This document shows, in pieces, positions 1 through 8,710 of a DNA stretch of 64,000 nucleotides. A program made the position numbers and the translations under genes. Source of the DNA: Patescibacteria group bacterium (GTDB taxonomy: Bacteria; Patescibacteriota; Patescibacteriia; JACQRZ01); the NCBI GenBank assembly GCA_038065255.1, contig JBBTRI010000010.1, positions 59,762 to 123,761 on the forward strand, given 5' to 3'. Every line of letters begins with the position of its first letter. Position 1 is the stretch's first letter. The notes under the pieces are model-generated. The model was not told the DNA's origin. It ran no database searches and saw nothing but the letters and a program-made list of their open reading frames with translations.

Positions 1-340
1 AGCTTTGAAATAACGGCAAAGTTCGTAAGGGTGCCGCCAATCCATCGATGGTTAATATACGGCATACCACAGCTCTGTGCAGCTGCTTCGATTGCATTCT
101 GTGCTTGTTTCTTGGTACCTACAAATAATACCACACCGCCACGTTTTGCAATATCCTTCACAAACTCAAGGGCTTTGTTAAGGCAATCAAGTGTTTTGTC
201 CAAATCGATCACATGGACTTCATTGCGTATTGCAAAAATATACGGCTCCATTTTGGGATGCCTGCGTGATTTTTTATGCCCAAAATGTACGCCGCTTTTG
301 AGCATATCAACAATTTCCGGTAATACTACCATAGTGTCTC
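1..340 (-). CDS. rpsB: 30S ribosomal protein S2, N-terminal ~113 aa; the gene runs off the left edge of the window
   Basis: Reverse-strand translation from the ATG at 340 gives MVVLPEIVDMLKSGVHFGHKKSRRHPKMEPYIFAIRNEVHVIDLDKT...HRWIGGTLTNF, which matches the conserved S2 N-terminus (GVHFGH, RWxGGxLTN). A strong SD (AAAGGAGA) sits 5 nt upstream. The ORF track misses it because it is truncated at the window edge. Confidence 0.8.
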
Positions 341-477
341 CTTTCGTCTTCTCTTTCCGTATGTATGTCCTCACGCGGAGGATCAAGGAGATGCCGGAAA
401 GATGAGATATTAAAAACTAATATCATGAGTCTACACTACCTTCTAAAAATATGCAAGAGGTATCTTGGAAATAAAAA

Positions 478-521
478 ACCCGCTGACCGTATGGTTTCAA
501 CTCCTCTTACGGTAAACGGGT
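478..521 (-). promoter_or_regulatory. Two-helix hairpin in the rpsB 5' leader with GAGGAG exposed in the loop, followed on the minus strand by a T-run
   Basis: ACCCG/CGGGT and ACCGTA/TACGGT stems. On the minus strand the 16-nt loop reads AGAGGAGUUGAAACCA. The plus-strand A-run at 471-479 becomes a U-tract after the hairpin. It lies ~140 nt upstream of the rpsB start. Confidence 0.3.
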
Positions 522-607
522 AATGATTCTTGTACGCTAAGGTACTAGTCGCTACTGCTATTTTGTCATACTCATCTTAATACAATTAACATTATATCCA
601 TAAGAAA

Positions 608-662
608 AAGCGCGCATTATCCTTGACAAAAGTGCCAAAATGTGCTATAATGCGCGCATTAA
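608..662 (+). promoter_or_regulatory. Consensus sigma70 promoter (TTGACA-17-TGcTATAAT) bracketed by GCGCGCATT(A) repeats, directed at ORF 702
   Basis: -35 TTGACA at 623-628. 17-nt spacer. Extended -10 TGCTATAAT at 643-651. GCGCGCATT at 610-618 and 652-660; the right copy, AATGCGCGCATT, is a perfect 12-nt palindrome. SD AAGG lies 7 nt before the ATG at 702. Confidence 0.55.
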
Positions 663-701
663 ACTATAGTATTTATAAGGAAACTCATCTCTAAAGGTCA
701 T

Positions 702-2168
702 ATGCCGAATCATGATGATGGACTGGAAAAACTTCGCGAGAGATCTGAAACATCACTTATTCCGGAATTAAGAAAAGTGATGCTTCATGCGTCTAAAGAA
801 GCGCGTAAAATTGCCCGAGACATGCGTGATCAAATTGGAAAATTCAATGTCACAAATCCTGCACGAAGGAACCCGGGAGTGGTAGAAACTTTTGTTATTC
901 GGGATAAAAGTGGGACTTCATATCAATTCATTGCGGACTCCAATGGCAGAGATTGGGGTGTTTCCGGCTACAATATCTTACCAGTCCTAAACATACTCCA
1001 TTCGCCACTTCTTACAGAGCAAGAACTGAGCACGGCATGCTCAAAAGCATTTGGGCAAAAAGCGGGACATAACCATTTCTACAAACGTCTGATTGAAATA
1101 CACCCACTTATTGGAGCAGCAACCGTGTTGGCCAGAACCCAGCTTCCAGGCATCCTTGCGAGGCACCCTTCAAGACTAGAATCAAAAGACTATGCCGAAT
1201 TTAATCCTGAAAAATGGTATGAAGTACACCTAACAACTGCTGAGAAAGCTCTTTTTTCAATCAATAAGGTCTTCGCATTACTCAGTGAACGCTGCAATGA
1301 TGAAATTACAAGAAGTTTTCTTCATGATTGTAAACGTGAATGTGAATTACTCATCATGGAGTGCTGCCATTTTTCCTTTCTTCTACTAGAACATTTCTTG
1401 GGTAAACTATCACGCAATCAATGTGTCATTCCATGCGTTGTAAAAGATACTTCTTTAGCCATATCTCCTCAAGAGTATCTCTTGCGCGAAAAAGAAATTT
1501 TACGCTTACGTAGTGCGTACGTAGAATACTACAACCAATCAAGGCTTATCGACGTTTTTCCAATGCCAGATCGACAGAAAGTCATTGAGAACGGAGAAGT
1601 TCGCCTGCCGGTTTTTGCTTCAATCTATGATATTGAGGCATTACTGCAACACTATAGTAATTTATGGGAGCAATTGTCATCTGCACTCCAAAAAAACAAA
1701 TCTTTTCCGTTCAACAAGGGGTATGCAAAAATAGTCAATGCGTGTGAAATCGGCATACAGCATGACTCAGCTCATTCACAAGATCGGCTTTCATTTATCT
1801 TGCCGGGATTTAACATTCGATTTGATAAAGATTCGCGGCATGGGTCAATCACATTGGACGTAGGCGGTATATCTCTTGCGCATGCACTTGCCTGCGCAGA
1901 AGAATATCTCGGAACAGTGCAAGTTGATAAAAAGTTGCCGACAGTATTTAAGGGTGTGTCAGACGAGATCAATCCTCAGATTAAATTGGAAAATAAAATC
2001 GCCCTTGTTGCTTCCATGATGATGGGCTCTTCCCGTGCCGTAGGACTTCGAAAAAAACCCACTATTTCTCACCATTCACGAGAGTTTGTTGCCAAGGACG
2101 AATATTATAACAATTATTCGCATATCTTAGCATGTATCAAGGGGGGTCTTGAACGGCCAGGACAATAA
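702..2168 (+). CDS. Hypothetical protein, 488 aa, cytoplasmic, no recognisable domain; contains a Cys cluster (CNDEITRSFLHDCKRECELLIMECCH)
   Basis: Long ORF with a consensus promoter and SD. No TM segment or signal peptide. No motif I can assign. Confidence 0.6.
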   Translation: MPNHDDGLEKLRERSETSLIPELRKVMLHASKEARKIARDMRDQIGKFNVTNPARRNPGVVETFVIRDKSGTSYQFIADSNGRDWGVSGYNILPVLNILHSPLLTEQELSTACSKAFGQKAGHNHFYKRLIEIHPLIGAATVLARTQLPGILARHPSRLESKDYAEFNPEKWYEVHLTTAEKALFSINKVFALLSERCNDEITRSFLHDCKRECELLIMECCHFSFLLLEHFLGKLSRNQCVIPCVVKDTSLAISPQEYLLREKEILRLRSAYVEYYNQSRLIDVFPMPDRQKVIENGEVRLPVFASIYDIEALLQHYSNLWEQLSSALQKNKSFPFNKGYAKIVNACEIGIQHDSAHSQDRLSFILPGFNIRFDKDSRHGSITLDVGGISLAHALACAEEYLGTVQVDKKLPTVFKGVSDEINPQIKLENKIALVASMMMGSSRAVGLRKKPTISHHSREFVAKDEYYNNYSHILACIKGGLERPGQ

Positions 2169-2237
2169 TCTCCAATCGCCCATCTTGCACCGTTTTGAGA
2201 AGTCTGCTAGTATGCTGATATGAGAATTAATACGACT

Positions 2238-2513
2238 ATGAAACAATCAATACATCCAACCTACTACCCTCAGGCGTCAATCTCGTGCGCATGCGGCAAT
2301 GTTGCAACTATTGGTTCAACCATGCAAACAATTTCAGTAGAACTCTGCAGCAAATGCCATCCTTTCTATACCGGCACCCAGAAACTCGTAGATACAGCAG
2401 GCCGTGTTGAACGCTTTAAACAGCGTTCCCAGAAGAAAGAGACTGTTTCAGCAGTGCGAAAGGGACGAAAAGTCAAGCGCGCACGTTCAGCATCGCAGAA
2501 AAACGAAGCGTAA
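2238..2513 (+). CDS. rpmE: 50S ribosomal protein L31 (Zn-ribbon type) with a ~30-aa Lys/Arg-rich C-terminal extension
   Basis: MKQSIHPTYYP...CACGN...CSKCHPFYTG matches L31, including the CxC...CxxC zinc ribbon. The start was chosen at the internal Met at 2238. Confidence 0.85.
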   Translation: MKQSIHPTYYPQASISCACGNVATIGSTMQTISVELCSKCHPFYTGTQKLVDTAGRVERFKQRSQKKETVSAVRKGRKVKRARSASQKNEA

Positions 2514-2585
2514 CATTTTTGAGCAAAAAGGCATGCATTATTGGTCAGCATGTTTTTTTGTTGCATGTAAATATAGCAAAAGTAT

Positions 2586-3677
2586 ATGGTTACATTAGCT
2601 CAAAACCAACAACTGGAAGAAAAAAAACACTCCCTTGAGCAGCAATTAAGCGATCCGGAATTACTAAAAAATCAGAAGGGATATTTTTCTGCAACCAAAG
2701 AATATCGGGAGGTGCAACGAATGATTGATGCTATCCAAAAATATTCTGAACTCCAAGAGTCTTTAGTTCATGCAAAAAAAATGGCACTCGATGAGACTGA
2801 TACTGAATTGCGGGACCTGGCAGTGCAAGAGCAGCGCCAGATTGAACAGCAGCTTACAGAATATGCTGAAGTGATTGAAGAGTATTTTAATCCGTCGGAT
2901 CCTCTCGATAAAAAGGATATTTTTGTGGAAATTCGAGCTGGTGCAGGAGGCGATGAAGCTGCTCTCTTTGCAGCAAGTCTGTTCCGTATGTATACACTCT
3001 ATTCGGAAAAAATGGGTTGGAAGGTACATTTGGTGAGTGAAAATAGGATTGGAATTGGAGGATTTAAGGAAGTTATTTTTGAAATAGTCGGTGAGAATGT
3101 TTATCGCTTAATGAAATACGAAGCAGGTGTACACCGTGTCCAGCGCGTGCCGGAAACTGAAAAAAGCGGGCGCATTCATACGTCTACTGTCACTATTGCA
3201 GTAATCCCAGAAGCCGAAGAAGTGGATATCACCATTGAACCCAAGGATTTGCGAATTGATACTTTCTGCGCTGGAGGACATGGAGGACAATCAGTGAATA
3301 CGACCTACTCAGCTGTACGAGTAACGCATATTCCCACAGGAATAGCAGTCAGCTGTCAGGATGAAAGATCACAGCTCCAAAACCGTGAGCGAGCAATGAC
3401 TGTCCTTCGAAGCAGACTTCTGGCTGCAGAGCAGGAAAGGCAAGCGTCAGCTCTCTCGCAGCAACGAAAAAAAATGGTTGGCACGGGTGACAGATCAGAA
3501 AAAATACGTACGTATAACTTTCCTCAAAGCAGGATCACCGATCACCGTATCAAGCACAGCTGGCACAACATTTCCGATATCCTCGATGGCAACCTTGACA
3601 GTGTCATGAATACTCTTCGCAAAGCCGACCGCGAGGGGACATTTGGTGAAGATGCCACTGGCACCGATGAGGAATAA
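2586..3677 (+). CDS. prfA: Peptide chain release factor 1
   Basis: GGQ motif ([12 protein letters not shown]). [17 protein letters not shown] is the PxT-type tripeptide region (PET here). 363 aa. Confidence 0.9.
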   Translation: MVTLAQNQQLEEKKHSLEQQLSDPELLKNQKGYFSATKEYREVQRMIDAIQKYSELQESLVHAKKMALDETDTELRDLAVQEQRQIEQQLTEYAEVIEEYFNPSDPLDKKDIFVEIRAGAGGDEAALFAASLFRMYTLYSEKMGWKVHLVSENRIGIGGFKEVIFEIVGENVYRLMKYEAGVHRVQRVPETEKSGRIHTSTVTIAVIPEAEEVDITIEPKDLRIDTFCAGGHGGQSVNTTYSAVRVTHIPTGIAVSCQDERSQLQNRERAMTVLRSRLLAAEQERQASALSQQRKKMVGTGDRSEKIRTYNFPQSRITDHRIKHSWHNISDILDGNLDSVMNTLRKADREGTFGEDATGTDEE

Positions 3678-3679
3678 TA

Positions 3680-4837
3680 TTGTCACATATTATTCTAGTG
3701 TTGCACTTTTTCATATCAGTGCTAGTCTTTTTCTATATGAACCAACCAGGTGCACTCCCCTCCCAGGCAATTACAAAACTCATTTCAGATGGGTTTGTAA
3801 AAAACGCGGATGAAAAAAACATCCGCCCTGCTTCACTTGACCTTACGCTTACTTCCGAAGTCTATAGAATTGAACAAGTATTTCTTCCTCGGAAGGGCGA
3901 GGCAGTCCGTGATCTATTGAAACTTGCGCGTCCCACGCTGCATCATCTCAGCCACCCACTGGAAAAAAACGTCACCTATATCGCCCGCATCAAAGAAATC
4001 ATGCATCTTCCTTCCGATGTCCACTGCATCTGCAATCCAAAATCATCAACAGGAAGAATCGACATTCAGACACGCGTTATCGCAGATGGTGTACCGCGCT
4101 ATGATACCATTATGCCCGGTGGCTATTCCGGCGAGCTATGGACACTTATTACGCCAAAGTCATTTCCCGTTCTTCTTCCGCCCGATGAATCCCTCTCGCA
4201 AATCCGTTTTTTTAATGCAGATACGACACTTAGTTATTTAGAACTTAGAGACAGTTATTTTGCGTCTCCCCTCCTGTACGATAGGGATGCGCGGAGCATT
4301 CCATTTAGTGAACTTGCTTCAGATAATGATAGTTCTCTTATTTTGAGTGTTGACCTCGACATGGATACTGTTGGGTGGGAATGCCTTGGTTCCTCACATG
4401 TTCTTGACGTTTCAAAGCGGAATTTCTATCAGCCAACGGATTTCTTCCAGCCACTTAGAAAAATAAATGGGCATATTCGCCTGCGTCAAGGAGCTTTTTA
4501 TATTCTCTATACAAAGGAGCGCGTCCAAGTGAGCCCTACACTAGCATGCGAAATGGTCCCTATGGATGAAAAGTCCGGAGAATTCCGCGCTCACTACGCA
4601 GGGTTTATTGACCCGGGCTGGGGATGGGGCCTAAGCGGTGAAGTGGCGGGCCGACGCCTGGTTCTTGAAGTGCGCCCCTTTGAAGAAATAGTTCTCCGCG
4701 ATGGGCAGCCGATTTCAAAAATTAAATTCTGTCGCATGACTGAGCAGCCCACAGCTGTGTATGATGCAATGGATTCTAATTACACCAAAGAGGCGCAGTC
4801 TCCCCGCCTTTCAAAACATTTTGCCACTCAACAATGA
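3680..4837 (+). CDS. dcd: Long-form two-domain 2'-deoxycytidine 5'-triphosphate deaminase (DCD/dUTPase superfamily)
   Basis: AHYAGFIDPGWGWGLSG matches the dCTP deaminase/dUTPase motif (AHRIDPGWSG). 385 aa, the length of the long DCD family. It sits between prfA and prmC. Confidence 0.55.
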   Translation: MSHIILVLHFFISVLVFFYMNQPGALPSQAITKLISDGFVKNADEKNIRPASLDLTLTSEVYRIEQVFLPRKGEAVRDLLKLARPTLHHLSHPLEKNVTYIARIKEIMHLPSDVHCICNPKSSTGRIDIQTRVIADGVPRYDTIMPGGYSGELWTLITPKSFPVLLPPDESLSQIRFFNADTTLSYLELRDSYFASPLLYDRDARSIPFSELASDNDSSLILSVDLDMDTVGWECLGSSHVLDVSKRNFYQPTDFFQPLRKINGHIRLRQGAFYILYTKERVQVSPTLACEMVPMDEKSGEFRAHYAGFIDPGWGWGLSGEVAGRRLVLEVRPFEEIVLRDGQPISKIKFCRMTEQPTAVYDAMDSNYTKEAQSPRLSKHFATQQ

Positions 4838-5685
4838 CCATTTTTCAAGCACTTGGGGAATCTCAAAAACTCCTCAAAAAGGCTGCCATCTCAACATCTC
4901 AACTTGATAGCGAGGTGCTATTGGCGCATATCCTCAAGGTTGAACGTTCGTATCTTTTTGCCCATAGTGAACAAAGTTTTTCAAAAAAACAGCTACAAGG
5001 TTTTCGAGGGTTCATCAAAAAAAGGGCACAGAGAGTGCCTTGCGCGTATCTTGTTGGATATAAAGAATTTTACGGATCTGCGTTTTTTGTAAACTCATCC
5101 GTACTTATTCCTCGCCCCGATACAGAAGTGCTTGTTGAGTGTGTGAGCCGCTACCTTTTGGAGTATCCTGAAAAAAAGAATATTTTGGATATTGGAACGG
5201 GATCCGGCTGTATTGCAATTACACTTGCACTTCAACATCCTAAACTCAATCTTGTCGGTACTGATATATCATCAAAAGCTCTATCTCTCGCAAGAAAAAA
5301 TGTCAAACATTTTGGTTGTGAAAAGCGTGTTCGCATCCTTAGAGCCAATCTCTATCCCGCTTCGCCAAAACGCTTTGATATCATCGTTTCAAACCCACCC
5401 TATCTTTCTACCAAAGAATACAGTACGGCTCTTAAAAAATACCCTGAATTAAAGTACGAACCACGTGGATCTCTTGTGGCTAAGGATAATGGACGCGCCC
5501 TACTCGACGCCATTATAAAAACATGTGGCAACCATCTCGATAAAAATGGTATTATTTTTCTAGAAATAGGTTCTGTACAAAGACTGTACATCAAAACTGC
5601 AATAAAAAAATACCTACCATCTGCCTCAGTAGTATTTCATAGAGACCTGGCAGGCAGAACACGCGTAGCAGAAATTCGGCTATAG
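4834..5685 (+). CDS. prmC: Release factor glutamine N5-methyltransferase PrmC/HemK
   Basis: LDIGTGSGCIAITLA SAM-binding motif. NPPY substrate motif (VSNPPYLS). Downstream of prfA. Confidence 0.85.
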   Translation: MTIFQALGESQKLLKKAAISTSQLDSEVLLAHILKVERSYLFAHSEQSFSKKQLQGFRGFIKKRAQRVPCAYLVGYKEFYGSAFFVNSSVLIPRPDTEVLVECVSRYLLEYPEKKNILDIGTGSGCIAITLALQHPKLNLVGTDISSKALSLARKNVKHFGCEKRVRILRANLYPASPKRFDIIVSNPPYLSTKEYSTALKKYPELKYEPRGSLVAKDNGRALLDAIIKTCGNHLDKNGIIFLEIGSVQRLYIKTAIKKYLPSASVVFHRDLAGRTRVAEIRL

Positions 5686-6249
5686 ATCTAGCGTATCAAA
5701 CACCTCCAATAATTTCTTTTCAAACTCTTGGAGTGTCGCATTATTATCGATCACAGCATCTGCCAATGGCTTCAATGATTCAATTTGAAGTTCCGGCTCT
5801 TCCTCGTCTTTGAGACGAAACCGCTCTCTATCCATTTCGCTATCGCCCGCCCTCTGATTGCGTGCAATATAGCGCTGATAACGGGCTTCAAAATTAGAAT
5901 CAATATACAATAAATGAAATGAAAACTCTTTTTTTATATCATCAAAATCTGTCAGGCGCCGTGCACCGAATAATGATATACGTGAGGCAGATGATGCGCG
6001 GATTTTCTTTACTACGGCTCTCTGCATGACATCAACGCCAAAGCGGGAACGCAGAAAGCTTGAAAGTTTTGGAATAGTATCCTGAGTTTCCGGAATGCCT
6101 AAAATATTCAATGCTTCATGCAGAGAACTCGAATAATCAATTCGAAGTGCCCCGTACTTCTCTGCAAGCAAGTTTCCAGCCACACCCTTGCCACACGCTT
6201 TACGACCAGTAAATGCGATGATTTTTTTTATTGTAGGTGTATCAGTCAC
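5680..6249 (-). CDS. Dephospho-CoA kinase-like P-loop kinase (CoaE family), paralog 1
   Basis: Walker A IAFTGRKACGKG. C-terminal ADAVIDNNATLQEFEKKL resembles the CoaE hallmark ADxVIDNNG..LEEL. 189 aa. Confidence 0.5.
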   Translation of the reverse strand: MTDTPTIKKIIAFTGRKACGKGVAGNLLAEKYGALRIDYSSSLHEALNILGIPETQDTIPKLSSFLRSRFGVDVMQRAVVKKIRASSASRISLFGARRLTDFDDIKKEFSFHLLYIDSNFEARYQRYIARNQRAGDSEMDRERFRLKDEEEPELQIESLKPLADAVIDNNATLQEFEKKLLEVFDTLDL

Positions 6250-6251
6250 AA

Positions 6252-6851
6252 TTACTTTTTTAAAATCTCCTCAACCGCTGAGCGCGTCTGGATAATCAAT
6301 TCCTCATACGTTCCGCTATTGTCTATAACAATATCCGCATAGGTCTTAAGCTGATCAATCTGCACTTCTGTTTCAGCCTGTCCCCTCTTTTGAAATTCAT
6401 CCCAACTCATTTCCGCATCACCTGCATTTTCGTTACGCACTACATATCGTTGATACCGTATCTGCTCATCGCAATCGACAAAAATAAATGTAAAGTTTGG
6501 AAGTTGACGAAATGTATGAACATCAATCAAGCGCCTCATGCCATCAAACAATGTAATGGGCGCCTTGCTTTCAGTGAGAAGTTTAAGCATTGCATGCGCT
6601 ATTACTTGCTCACCGTATGTTTCACGCAAAAACGTAGATAAATCAGAAAGATTTACGCGTGACTGAGGTATACCGAATATGTCGACAATCGCTCGCAATG
6701 GACCAGAAGAGGCATGCTTTTCTGCATTATATTCTTTAACAAGATACTTCGAAACACTTCCCTTCCCGGAAGCCATTTTTCCTGAAATTCCAATGAGCTG
6801 GTGGGGGTGCCCTCCTAGTTTCATGGCGGTAAAATTACTTAGCTTTTTCAA
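6252..6851 (-). CDS. Dephospho-CoA kinase-like P-loop kinase (CoaE family), paralog 2
   Basis: Walker A IGISGKMASGKGS. RYQRY motif and ADIVIDNSGTYEELIIQ, shared with the neighbouring paralog. 199 aa. Confidence 0.5.
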   Translation of the reverse strand: MKKLSNFTAMKLGGHPHQLIGISGKMASGKGSVSKYLVKEYNAEKHASSGPLRAIVDIFGIPQSRVNLSDLSTFLRETYGEQVIAHAMLKLLTESKAPITLFDGMRRLIDVHTFRQLPNFTFIFVDCDEQIRYQRYVVRNENAGDAEMSWDEFQKRGQAETEVQIDQLKTYADIVIDNSGTYEELIIQTRSAVEEILKK

Positions 6852-7503
6852 CTACTGCCTCGCCTTCTTCTTTCTTAGCCTTGCCTACAACTTCAATCTT
6901 AGAAACATCTGTTGCCTGCTGTTGTTCCATTGCTGCAAGCTCTGCTTCTGAAACTGGCGGCATCACTGACGCAATAATACCATTGCCTTCATTCAAAATT
7001 TCAATGCCTTTGGGTAATTGAATGTCTGCAACGCGCAATACATCTTCAAATGTTGCCAATGGAGAGATATCTACGCGGATTTCTGAAACAAGATCACCCG
7101 GCAAACACTTCACCTCAACTTCATCTATTTGTTTCACAAATATGCCACCGAGCTCTTTGACCGCCCTTGCATCGTTCATAAATACCAAAGGAATATGAAC
7201 TATTAGTTTTTTGTCCATATTAACCTGATAGAAGTCAATGTGCAGGTATTTCCCGCGAATAGGCTCGAGCTGCACTTCATGCACCAACACTTTAATAGGT
7301 GTAGCTGAATCCACTGCCAAATCAAGGAGTGTTGATTCGCCACACGACCGATAGGCTTTTTCAAATGGGATATACTCAACAGCAACAGATTGGTTGCTTC
7401 CTGCACCATAAATTACAGCCGGTATAAGCTTTTGTTTTCGCAATTTTTCTACGGCCTTACCCTGTACAGTTCGCACTGTTGCCTTTAATGCTATTGGTTC
7501 CAT
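6835..7503 (-). CDS. rplY: 50S ribosomal protein L25/general stress protein Ctc
   Basis: N-terminus KATVRTVQGKAVEKLRKQKLIPAVIYGAG is the typical L25. The Ala/Glu/Lys-rich C-terminal tail fits the Ctc form. Confidence 0.8.
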   Translation of the reverse strand: MEPIALKATVRTVQGKAVEKLRKQKLIPAVIYGAGSNQSVAVEYIPFEKAYRSCGESTLLDLAVDSATPIKVLVHEVQLEPIRGKYLHIDFYQVNMDKKLIVHIPLVFMNDARAVKELGGIFVKQIDEVEVKCLPGDLVSEIRVDISPLATFEDVLRVADIQLPKGIEILNEGNGIIASVMPPVSEAELAAMEQQQATDVSKIEVVGKAKKEEGEAVVEKAK

Positions 7504-7595
7504 ATATACAATATAAAATCATCTTATAAACAACGGTACTATAATTACATGGTATTGCACTTCTGTCAAGAAAAGTGTCAAGAAATACTCACATC

Positions 7596-8693
7596 CTATA
7601 CTGAATGAATATGAATGCTTTCAACAAGGCCAATGCCTATAAGGTCGATAACCAATGCGCTGCCGCCATAACTCAAAAAAGGCAACACAATGCCAGTCAA
7701 AGGAATAAGGCCAAGATTTCCTCCAATGTTTATAGCCATATGGGAAAAAAGCAAAAGCGTTACCCCAAGAACACAGTACACGCCGAAATCATCACGCACA
7801 ATGCGCATAAGGCGAACAAGTCTGCTTAGCAGCACAAACCAAAAAAAGAGCAGCAATCCAACACCGATAAATCCAAGCTCCTCTGCGATAACGGAAAAAA
7901 TAAAGTCTGTTTGGCTTTCCGGAAGGAAACGTAGATGGCTTTGTGAACCGAAACCGAGACCTCTGCCAAAAAGCTCACCGGAACCAATGGCTATCTGTGC
8001 TTGCCGAATGTTATAACTTTTTCCTTGGACATCATGGGTTGGCGATAAAAACGTTAACACGCGCTGCCGTTGGTAATCCTTGAGTACAAACATCCATCCA
8101 AGAACAGCTATAAGCGCAATCATAATACACATTGCTATCGTATAACGACGCGGTACTCCACTCATCAAAATCATGCCAAGCCAGATAATAAATAATATTG
8201 CTGCGGAACCCAAATCTGGCTGAAGCAGTACGGCACCAATTGGCAGTAGTGCAAGGCTTCCGCTTATAACAATATGCTTCAATTGCCCAACCTGGCGCGT
8301 GAAGGAAGAAAAATACCTCGCAAGCATAATAATAAGTCCTAATTTTGCCAGTTCAACAGGCTGAAGGGTAAATCCTCCAATAGCAAGCCAACCCTTTGTT
8401 CCGCGTATCGTGCTCCCCAAAAAAAGCACAGCAATGAGAATAAGTAGCGTTGCAATATAAAACGCTAGACTATAGGTTCGCAGCTGCTGATAATGAACGG
8501 TACTCAGTACAAGGAGTGCAACCATACCTATGCCAAATGCCAGTGTCTGATGTTTGAGATAAAAAAAATTATCGCCGCTTATTCCCAGACCCATACTATA
8601 GAGCACAGCAAAACCAAGCCCCATGAGCACAGCCATAGAACAAAAAAGAATGAGGTCACTTTGTCGGAAAAATCCCCACAATACAGCAAGCAT
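7596..8693 (-). CDS. FtsW/RodA/SpoVE-family (SEDS) peptidoglycan polymerase
   Basis: Polytopic membrane protein, 365 aa. Motifs GWLAIGGFTLQPVELAKLGLIIMLARYF and PLTGIVLPFLSYGGSAL. Confidence 0.85.
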   Translation of the reverse strand: MLAVLWGFFRQSDLILFCSMAVLMGLGFAVLYSMGLGISGDNFFYLKHQTLAFGIGMVALLVLSTVHYQQLRTYSLAFYIATLLILIAVLFLGSTIRGTKGWLAIGGFTLQPVELAKLGLIIMLARYFSSFTRQVGQLKHIVISGSLALLPIGAVLLQPDLGSAAILFIIWLGMILMSGVPRRYTIAMCIMIALIAVLGWMFVLKDYQRQRVLTFLSPTHDVQGKSYNIRQAQIAIGSGELFGRGLGFGSQSHLRFLPESQTDFIFSVIAEELGFIGVGLLLFFWFVLLSRLVRLMRIVRDDFGVYCVLGVTLLLFSHMAINIGGNLGLIPLTGIVLPFLSYGGSALVIDLIGIGLVESIHIHSV

Positions 8694-8710
8694 AATTTTC
8701 GAGAGTTCTC

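Noticed and set aside
31-405. ORF-track plus-strand ORF of 124 aa
   Set aside because: It lies antisense to a clear rpsB (S2) coding sequence with a strong SD and start at 340. The plus-strand product has no features, so it is spurious.
3924-4241. Internal overlapping ORFs in the track (for example 3924..4241, 13634..14054 and 14135..14536) inside or antisense to dcd and gyrB
   Set aside because: They are out-of-frame or antisense to well-supported conserved genes, they lack an RBS, and their products are low-complexity. They are spurious.
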